Of a stretch of DNA of 64,000 nt, positions 36,309-43,588 are shown piece by piece. Location: assembly GCA_042565955.1 (NCBI GenBank), contig JBHORG010000006.1:9087-73086 (forward strand), given 5' to 3'. Below the pieces are notes generated by a model. That model had not been told where the DNA came from. It made no database searches and saw only the letters and a program-made list of their open reading frames with translations. Source of the DNA: Thermoproteota archaeon. GTDB lineage: Archaea > Thermoproteota > Bathyarchaeia > Bathyarchaeales > Bathyarchaeaceae. A program made the position numbers and the translations under genes. Positions within the stretch are counted from its first letter, which is position 1. Every line of letters begins with the position of its first letter.

Positions 36309-37415
36309 ATGGGACAAGAATTAATCAAGAATCCACTAGTAGAAGAGTGGTTAAACCAAAAAAGAAGCCAGATAACCCGAAGAGTCTACCTCTATCGACT
36401 AAGACAGTTTCTTGAATATCACAATATAGATCCAGATGAGCTGCTGGATATGTCACCGAAAGAGGCTAGAACCTTAGCTTTAAGGTACCAGAACGAAAAC
36501 AATCAACTAGCCAACAACACCGTTCTAGGAAGATTAACGGCTGTAGCTTCCTTCATGGATCATTACAATAAAACAATAAATTGGAAGAGGGGATCACGAG
36601 TTAGACCAATACCAGACATTAAAAGTCACGTTTACTCGAATGGTGACCTCTCAAAAATGTTTGAGGTAGCCGATACAAGAGATAAAGCAATCTTAGCTTT
36701 AGCGTCAAGTCTTGGTTGGGAGATCAGTGGATTTGTTTACCTTAAACGAGAGACTCTTCGTAAACTGATTGAAAGAGCAAAAGAAACAGGTGAACAGTTC
36801 GTTTACTTCAAAGACATAATACAAAAGACAGGCCAACCCAGACTCGGAGTATTAAATCCACTAGCTATTGAATGGTGCGATAAATGGCTTAAGTTATCCG
36901 AGAACATGCCTCAAAGATTGCGGGAACCGAGAACGGTAAATCCCATAACGTTAACTGCAAAACGAAGAATCTCAGACATCTTCGACCTTACAGGAAACGG
37001 AATTCATAACGCCATGAGGAACTTAGCGAAAAAAGCAAACCTGAAGCTAACAGGACTTCCAAGATTTCACAACCTGAGAAAGTGGGTTATGAGTGGTCTT
37101 TCCAGAAGTGGATTTAACGAATTTCAGATAAAGTATGTTTTAGGTAAATCAATCCCAATAAGTGACCAGGTTTATCTCCAGACATTAGAGGAAGAGGTTC
37201 AAGAAAGATATCCTTCAGCTTATGAAAACTATTTGAACCTATCAAGTACCATATTAAAAGACCTGAAAAAGAAAAATGAAAACGAAAATGAAAGACTTAA
37301 AGAAAAAATCTTAAAAATGGAATATGAAAACGCAGATATGAAAGATGAAATGCGAAGAATGGCAAAAAAAATGAACGCTGTCATTTCAAAACTAGAAAAC
37401 TTAACAGAAAAATAA
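36309..37415 (+). CDS. tyrosine recombinase/integrase with C-terminal coiled-coil tail
   Basis: N-terminal SAM-like core-binding region, box II FHNLRKW and terminal ..DQVYLQ Tyr. The box I position reads GWEISGF, so the expected Arg is not obvious. Confidence 0.7.
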   Translation: MGQELIKNPLVEEWLNQKRSQITRRVYLYRLRQFLEYHNIDPDELLDMSPKEARTLALRYQNENNQLANNTVLGRLTAVASFMDHYNKTINWKRGSRVRPIPDIKSHVYSNGDLSKMFEVADTRDKAILALASSLGWEISGFVYLKRETLRKLIERAKETGEQFVYFKDIIQKTGQPRLGVLNPLAIEWCDKWLKLSENMPQRLREPRTVNPITLTAKRRISDIFDLTGNGIHNAMRNLAKKANLKLTGLPRFHNLRKWVMSGLSRSGFNEFQIKYVLGKSIPISDQVYLQTLEEEVQERYPSAYENYLNLSSTILKDLKKKNENENERLKEKILKMEYENADMKDEMRRMAKKMNAVISKLENLTEK

Positions 37416-37419
37416 TTTC

Positions 37420-37635
37420 TCAGTAAGGTGCAGGTTCTATGAAATATCCTCCACAAACAACGCACTCAAAATTCTCTTGAAGTGCACATTTTAGACAAAC
37501 CGTATGACCGCATCCATAACAGGTTTTAGTGTAAGTCTCGGGATTAACATGGTAACAAACATCACATTCAACCAGGATAGTTCCTGCAATTCTTTTCATG
37601 GAATTAACTCCAAACAAAACCATATTTGATGTCAT
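37420..37635 (-). CDS. RING-like (C3HC4-pattern) zinc-finger mini-protein
   Basis: C24-x2-C27-x14-C42-x-H44-x2-C47-x2-C50-x7-C58-x2-C61, including CGHTVCLKC; convergent with the integrase. Confidence 0.5.
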   Translation of the reverse strand: MTSNMVLFGVNSMKRIAGTILVECDVCYHVNPETYTKTCYGCGHTVCLKCALQENFECVVCGGYFIEPAPY

Positions 37636-37662
37636 TCCCTAATTGGACAGAAATGGAGTTAA

Positions 37663-37680
37663 GAGCAAACTGAAACTAAA
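37663..37680. repeat. 18-nt motif GAGCAAACTGAAACTAAA (copy 3 of 3)
   Basis: 17/18 identical to 16596-16613; lies in the 69-nt spacer between two minus-strand genes. Confidence 0.75.
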
Positions 37681-37704
37681 TTGGATATTCTAGCCTGTTT
37701 AGTT

Positions 37705-37923
37705 CTAACAGTTTTCTTCTTGTAGATTTTTTTCTTTAGCATTTTTGGATTCGGGCCACATTAACACTAATCCAATAGTCCTGATAGATGCTCCACCCCA
37801 TAGTAAATGCCAAACAGAAGGGGATAAAAATTCACCTTCAGAAACACCATAGACTGAATTGAATATTAAACCTAAACAAAAAACAGAAATGCCCACAACA
37901 AATAGGATAGCACCAATTTTCAT
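37705..37923 (-). CDS. hypothetical small membrane protein
   Basis: 72 aa with two TM helices. Confidence 0.4.
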   Translation of the reverse strand: MKIGAILFVVGISVFCLGLIFNSVYGVSEGEFLSPSVWHLLWGGASIRTIGLVLMWPESKNAKEKNLQEENC

Positions 37924-38157
37924 ATTTTATCATCTAAATCTAGAAATGGAACCAGTACAAGAGACTTTGCTTCATCTTTTCTCCTATTGTCTTAAAACTC
38001 CCCTTGTTTATTAAGAATTTTACTTACCTAAGAATTGCAATAATTACCTAAATGACAAAAATCATAAAGAAATACAAAAAAACAAGTAATAGAAGCACCA
38101 ATGACAAAACGGAAAATTCTATGAATAAATTGTATATTTTTATTTTTTTTTGTTTCT

Positions 38158-38595
38158 TTGATATTGTCTTCTGTAGGGTTTACCTACCTTCTGTTTTTGC
38201 AGCTTGTTTTTCCTAAACTTGTGCCTTCTTATGGTGGAGGTGAAACAATTTCTCTTAACTCATATAACAACTACACTTTTCAAATACCTTTGAAAACAAA
38301 TTCCAGACTCCATTTAAGCTTTCAAACAGACAAAACAGTAAAACTATTTTTGGATGGAAATTTCTTAGGCGATTACTCAAGCTACAATTTCATAATAGAA
38401 CCAGGTGATAATGCTTTTATTAAATTAGAAGCAAACTCTAACGTTTCAGGCATGTTCAAAGCAAGACAGGAGATTCCTGTTGAAAAACAACAACTGGCCG
38501 TAATTTTAATTTTTGTTGGCCTAATTGGAGCAACATCATCCATAATAGCAATCAGAATGAAGCTGTATGGTTCAACTCAAAAGAATGGAAAATAA
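38158..38595 (+). CDS. hypothetical secreted/membrane-anchored protein
   Basis: 145 aa, TTG start; N-terminal hydrophobic segment, beta-rich middle, C-terminal TM. An upstream ATG at 38121 is in another frame across a T-run. Confidence 0.45.
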   Translation: MILSSVGFTYLLFLQLVFPKLVPSYGGGETISLNSYNNYTFQIPLKTNSRLHLSFQTDKTVKLFLDGNFLGDYSSYNFIIEPGDNAFIKLEANSNVSGMFKARQEIPVEKQQLAVILIFVGLIGATSSIIAIRMKLYGSTQKNGK

Positions 38596-38762
38596 TTACA
38601 TAACTAATCAGATCCGGGAACGGGAAATGCATTTCATCCAAGTGTAGACGTCTCCATTACTCTCTCGCAAAACTCCCCTCTTTTTTTTAAGAGTTAAATG
38701 TTAATCCCAAAACCAAACTAAGACGTACAAATCAAAAGATTTGTGTTTAAGAGATTGGAGGT

Positions 38763-39002
38763 TTACTGTATTCGTTTTTGTATTCGATTCCAATCTTTTT
38801 GCTGTTGCTCGAAATATTTTGTTACAAGAATTGTTCTTAGTCTAACACGTTCTAGTTTGTCAATTTTTTCGTGTTGTAGTTGGGTATCTAATCTTTCTAA
38901 TTCTTCTTCGTAAGTTCTTTTGTGTTGAATTCTCTGATTAACATAATAACCTATTAGCTTGCCCATTTTCTGTTTTTTTCCGAAGCTAAAACTGAAACCC
39001 AT
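38763..39002 (-). CDS. hypothetical protein
   Basis: 79-aa charged helical ORF; no family recognised. Confidence 0.3.
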   Translation of the reverse strand: MGFSFSFGKKQKMGKLIGYYVNQRIQHKRTYEEELERLDTQLQHEKIDKLERVRLRTILVTKYFEQQQKDWNRIQKRIQ

Positions 39003-39136
39003 ATTATCGCATCCATTAAGATATACGATAATAAAATATTACTAATAAAAGAGGATTCCCTTTGATGAAATGTATCGAAAATTGATGTATGTTCGGTTTA
39101 GGGTCTCTTTTGTAACTCTGTTTAAAAAACAAGTTT

Positions 39137-39400
39137 GTGGAATATGTCAAGGAGTTGTTTTACGAGTTTGACTTTCTAACAAAGAAGCCAATGACAATTC
39201 AGAACTATGACAGAATCCTAAAACGTCTTGATCACAGAATGACGAGTTGCTTGTTCAGATATGGCGGTGCAGAAAAATTCTTAGTTCTAGGCTACACACC
39301 TTTCGAGCTAAAAGAGATCGGAGACTGGAGTAGTTCAAAGATACCGGAGATTTACGCATTAGAGTTAATGCGAACTGGTGTTGGAAAAAGGGATTTCTGA
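39137..39400 (+). pseudogene. probable tyrosine-recombinase C-terminal remnant
   Basis: 87-aa ORF ending ..LKEIGDWSSSKIPEIYALE.., resembling the LGHSS..T..Y box of integrases. Its last 25 nt recur at 43420-43444. Confidence 0.35.
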
Positions 39401-39494
39401 GGCATAACACATAGAATTTATTGGAGATGAAAAAATGAAACAATCCAACCAACTATGTTCAAGGTGAATCATGCTTCATTCTTTTTGTGTTTTA

Positions 39495-39563
39495 GCCTTT
39501 TCAGTCCCTTCTTCCGTTAAATGTTTACTCCCAAAAAAAGAGGGAGGGAAAATTGGGTTTATT
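39495..39563. repeat. conserved 3-prime flank of surface-protein gene, copy 1
   Basis: GCCTTTTCAGTCCCTTCTTCCGTTAAATGTTTACTCCCAAAAAAAGAGGGAGGGAAA.. is closely similar by eye to 43522-43588. Confidence 0.8.
39528..39546 (-). terminator. short hairpin with U-rich loop / oligo-T tract after the 39559 stop
   Basis: Minus sense: CUCCC-UCUUUUUUU-GGGAG, 13 nt after the stop codon. Confidence 0.45.
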
Positions 39564-42192
39564 TTCGCTTTTTAAGTCCCCAATATGCAACTACACCAAT
39601 AACTGCTGCAACCGCTACAGCTGCGATGATAGCAACTTCAGTTGTTATCAAAGGTTCAACTATTGGTTCTGGTTCGATTGGTCCTGAAGGTTCAACTGCT
39701 GGACCTACGGTTACTGCTGTTGCTGCGCCTGAGCTGCCGTAGGATTCATCGCCTGCGAAAGAAGCAATTATTGTGTAATCACCTTCTTCTGGTGGAGTCC
39801 ATGCCTTGCTGAAAGTGCCATAGTAGCCTTCTGTGGTTACAACGCCTATGTCTATGTATGAACCTTCAGATTCCATGGCTGTCAATGCCACAGGAACACC
39901 AGTTATTGTTTCGTTGCCCCAGAGTCCTCCGATAGGCATCTGCCGGTGTAAGTACTCCATCTGAAGAGCCATCGATTCTTTAGAGACACATGGAGTTCCT
40001 GGCTGAGCAGGAGACAAGTCAAGTACGGTACCTTTTATGGTTAAAGCAGTTCCTTTTGATACTGCAACGTCAGGTGCTGTGACTGTTGTTGCGCTCTTAC
40101 CCTTGCCTAAAACAGCAACTGTGCCAGTATACGAATCTCTAAGTGCCAAGTACCCGTCAGCGATAGCAGTCATCCTTGCTCCGCCCATCATTGTTTTGAA
40201 TATACCTTCACCTGTCTTAGCATCTACGCAATGAAGCTGCCATCCTCTAGTGTATGGCTGAGTTGCTGTGTGTTCAGTGTTGACGCTATAGATTTTTCCG
40301 TCAGCTGCCCAGATTTCGCCGTTGAAAGAGTAAATGGTGGTGCCATCTGGTGTGATGTATGGGCTTTCGAACGAAGTGATAGCTGGTGCTTCGTACTTCC
40401 ATACTATGTCACCTGTATCCCAGTCGAAAGCGTAGATGCCTGAGTAAGCAGCCCGATAGAACATGCCATAAGCCGATGTTGTGTCGTATGCTCCAAAACC
40501 GTTTGCGTCCCAAGGTTCATCCATCTTAGGAGTTGTCCACCTAATATCTCCTGTCCTAATGTCAAGTCCTACAAATGTTCCCCATGCAGTGAGAAAAGCG
40601 TATATTCCTTTGTCACATACGTCGGATGCACCGCTGTAACCCATAAGGTTGCCAGCGCCTGCTGGTGCGATTGTTTTGTTGACTATCACTTGGCCTGTGT
40701 ATAAGTTGACGGTCACTAGTCTTTGTTCACTAGTAGTTCCAGAAAAGCCAATTAAACCACGTCCAAACGAGGCAGCTATACCTAAGGTGAAATCAGTAGT
40801 AGATGGAAGACTGGATAGCGGCCAGCTTATATTGCTTACTACTCTGCTGGCGAAGTTGCTAGTAGATCCTGTGGTAGTGAAATTAATTAAACGGTAACGT
40901 TGATCACGAGGAACATCATTGCCTAGGTTTTGAACACCCAAGCCGTGCCCATTCATGTAATGAATAGCTGAAGTCAAAGGCTCAATTGAAACGTCCACAG
41001 TCTGTCTGCCACTATTTTCATCATACTTGTACAACCTGTCGCCATCTAGATATACAATATCCATCGATGGATACTCGATTGCGCCTCTAAATTGCCAAGT
41101 TCCGAAGCTCGATTGGGATTGTGAGTGGGAAAATCCATCTACTTCCCAGAGCAACTCGCCTGTGCGTATGTCAACACACTGTAACGCTGTTGTTGAAACC
41201 GTTTCGACTTCACCATCGACAATTTGTGATATTACTTTTGGAACTGTCATGTAGCCTCTTCCACCAATAACCATAGTGATAGAGCTTGGGGTGGATGATC
41301 GCGTAGAGTGTGGAACTGTGTATGACCAGCCTCTTGTCCCGTAATCGCCGTATCTGCCTATACCGGTGATTCCTGCAATGTTTTGTTCTAGTTTCCATGC
41401 ATAGTGTGCGCTGCTTGGGCCTTGAACATATGGATAGAAATCCATTCGGCGGTTCCAGTAGGGACTGCAATCGGGATAACGTTGGTAGTAGTCAGGACCT
41501 GCTGGTCCGTACCATGGAAAGTCACCTATGATTGGAAGCCATTCTCTGTGTTCTGGTGCAACTGGTCGCTCCCAGTAGTCGGTTGGTGCTTGCATAACTG
41601 GGCTCCAAGAAAACACCATGTCTTCCTGTACTGTGAATGTGTACTCTGGACTGGTATCGGGTTTGTAATATGTTGAGCCTGTATATTCTGTAGGTCGGTT
41701 TCGATAGCCACTTCCTGCTTCGGATGCTTCAGTGAAGATTTCTCCGTTGTTGTAGTACCCAGCTGGATGGAATGTTCCAGGGAAATCAACTTTGTATGTG
41801 TATTCGCCAACTTGGTCGGGTAAGTATTCCATCCATGTAGCTGCGGTATCAATTTCAGTATCCAACGTATACTCGTCTGTGGTTCCGTCAGGTTTATTGA
41901 TTATTATATGGAAATCGTGAAGTCTGCGTTGCGCGTTGGATGCTGGTGTAGCCCATGCGTTGATTAGGACGGGTTGGTTAACTCCTATGACGTTAGGTCT
42001 AATGCTAATCCAAACGTCAGTATCGAAGGTTCCATCAGCAACGTCTCCAGATTTTAGTGGTCCGCTGTAAGGTTGCTTTGCAGCAAGCTCAGCTTGAACT
42101 ATGGTAGGCATCATTAGCAAAAAAACAGAGGTAATTAAGATTGTTATAACGAATATTGCCGTTATTTTTGTTTTATTTATTGAAATTTGCAT
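39559..42192 (-). CDS. large surface protein: signal/anchor, Ig-like N-domain, PQQ-like beta-propeller, Ig-like C-domain, Pro/Glu linker, C-terminal TM anchor
   Basis: Start taken at MQISINKTK (parallel to the paralogue, AAGGAG upstream; track ORF runs to 42219). Repeated D..TG...W motifs (DIRTGELLWE, DIRTGDIRWT, DWDTGDIVWKYE, DAKTGEGIF). C-terminus IIAAVAVAAVIGVVAYWGLKKRK. Confidence 0.75.
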   Translation of the reverse strand: MQISINKTKITAIFVITILITSVFLLMMPTIVQAELAAKQPYSGPLKSGDVADGTFDTDVWISIRPNVIGVNQPVLINAWATPASNAQRRLHDFHIIINKPDGTTDEYTLDTEIDTAATWMEYLPDQVGEYTYKVDFPGTFHPAGYYNNGEIFTEASEAGSGYRNRPTEYTGSTYYKPDTSPEYTFTVQEDMVFSWSPVMQAPTDYWERPVAPEHREWLPIIGDFPWYGPAGPDYYQRYPDCSPYWNRRMDFYPYVQGPSSAHYAWKLEQNIAGITGIGRYGDYGTRGWSYTVPHSTRSSTPSSITMVIGGRGYMTVPKVISQIVDGEVETVSTTALQCVDIRTGELLWEVDGFSHSQSQSSFGTWQFRGAIEYPSMDIVYLDGDRLYKYDENSGRQTVDVSIEPLTSAIHYMNGHGLGVQNLGNDVPRDQRYRLINFTTTGSTSNFASRVVSNISWPLSSLPSTTDFTLGIAASFGRGLIGFSGTTSEQRLVTVNLYTGQVIVNKTIAPAGAGNLMGYSGASDVCDKGIYAFLTAWGTFVGLDIRTGDIRWTTPKMDEPWDANGFGAYDTTSAYGMFYRAAYSGIYAFDWDTGDIVWKYEAPAITSFESPYITPDGTTIYSFNGEIWAADGKIYSVNTEHTATQPYTRGWQLHCVDAKTGEGIFKTMMGGARMTAIADGYLALRDSYTGTVAVLGKGKSATTVTAPDVAVSKGTALTIKGTVLDLSPAQPGTPCVSKESMALQMEYLHRQMPIGGLWGNETITGVPVALTAMESEGSYIDIGVVTTEGYYGTFSKAWTPPEEGDYTIIASFAGDESYGSSGAATAVTVGPAVEPSGPIEPEPIVEPLITTEVAIIAAVAVAAVIGVVAYWGLKKRK

Positions 42193-42293
42193 TTTTTTCT
42201 CCTTTTTATTTTCTTTCATTTTCTTTTTATTTTGAAGAAAAAATAATAAAAAAAATATTTTTTCCCCCTTAAGTTATTCTATCTAGCAAGAAA

Positions 42294-42332
42294 CATATTT
42301 AACAGTAAGTTTGCCAGGGGATGGCTGACAAG
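42294..42332 (-). promoter_or_regulatory. conserved promoter-region element of surface-protein gene 1 (TATA-like TTAAATAT plus upstream palindrome)
   Basis: Minus sense: TTGTCAGCCATCCCCTGGCAAACTTACTGTTAAATATG, about 100 nt upstream of the ATG; counterpart at 46418-46457. Confidence 0.4.
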
Positions 42333-42389
42333 TTTTATATCCTTCTTAGGTTCTAAAAAACTCAGGGGGAAAGAAGAATCTTACATTCG

Positions 42390-43189
42390 ATGGAAATTAA
42401 GAGTCTTAATTATTTTGGGCTCTCAAGCAACCTAGCAAAAGTATTCATATCCATTTCTGGAACAAGGTTTCTTACTGCAAAAGAAATCCAAAAAAGAGCA
42501 GGAGTCCCTCGACAGGAAATTTATGCGATTTTAACAAGTCTTGAAGAATTGGGACTTGTGGAAAAAACAGTGGGTAGACCCATTAGATTCAAAGGTGTTC
42601 CAATCAAACAAGGACTCGCTTTTTTAATAAAGAAAAAAAAAGATGAAGCAAAAAAATGCAAAAAATTGCAGAAAAAATGATGCAAAATTTTCCGCAAAAA
42701 AACAATAATAACAAAATTCTTGACGATAAACCACATTTTGTTTTGGTTTCAAAAAAGGAAGCTTCAATTAACAAAAGACTATTTGAAATTGATTCTGCAA
42801 AAACAAGCATTGATTTCATAACTTCATGGAAGAGATTTCCACATGCAATTGATACCTTTGGAAAAAGTGGAAAACAAGCCTTAAAGAACAACGTGAAAAT
42901 GAGGGTTATTCTAGAAAAACCTGAAAATAAATATGATGTCCCAAAAATATTAGAAGAATTTAGGATATTTCCAAATTTTCACTTGAGATATATTCTTAAA
43001 CCCCCTGAAGCAATAATTGGAGTTTTTGATAATAAATCGGTATTAATTAAAACATCTGCAAAGGTCGGGTTAGCAGAAAAACCTTCCTTGTGGACAGATA
43101 ATCCTTGTCTTCTGGCAGTAATACGTGATTATTTTGAAATAATGTGGATAACTGCAATAAAAAGAATTCCCGAAAAAATAATTGAATAG
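42390..43189 (+). pseudogene. TrmB-family transcriptional regulator split by a frameshift in an A-rich tract
   Basis: ORF 42390-42680 is an N-terminal wHTH (TAKEIQKRAGVPRQEIYAILTSLEELGLVEK). ORF 42656-43189 in another frame is a TrmB-like C-terminal domain. The junction lies in AAAGAAAAAAAAAGATGAAGCAAAAAAATGCAAAAAATTG. Confidence 0.6.
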
Positions 43190-43521
43190 CAAAAATTGAT
43201 TGAAATCATCAACTTCACTTTAACTTATAGGTACAAGTTCAATCAGAACATTGTTCAGTTTGTAGAGAGATGATGGAGAATATTCAATTCAAAGGGAAGT
43301 ATTCAAGGAGAATAAGATAAAAATTTCAAACCACTAAAAGATTATTCATAAATCCCTGTTAATCCTTTTCAGTCCTCTAATGACTTGTTGAAATCATTTT
43401 ACATTTCGATTGTATCAGTATTGGAAGAAGGGATTTCTGAGGCTCTTGAGCAACGGTTGTTGATGAGTCCAGGTCCTCTCAACCATTAAGGGGGATGAGA
43501 ATTTCTGATCCGTTGTTCCTA

Positions 43522-43588
43522 GGCTTTTCAGTCCCTTATTCCTCTAAATGTTTACTCCAAAAAAAAGGGAGGGAAATTTTTGGGTTAT
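43522..43588. repeat. conserved 3-prime flank of surface-protein gene, copy 2
   Basis: GGCTTTTCAGTCCCTTATTCCTCTAAATGTTTACTCCAAAAAAAAAGGGAGGGAAA.. matches 39495-39563. Confidence 0.8.
43555..43571 (-). terminator. oligo-T tract / weak hairpin after the 43585 stop
   Basis: Minus sense: CUCCC-U8-GGAG immediately downstream of the stop. Confidence 0.45.
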
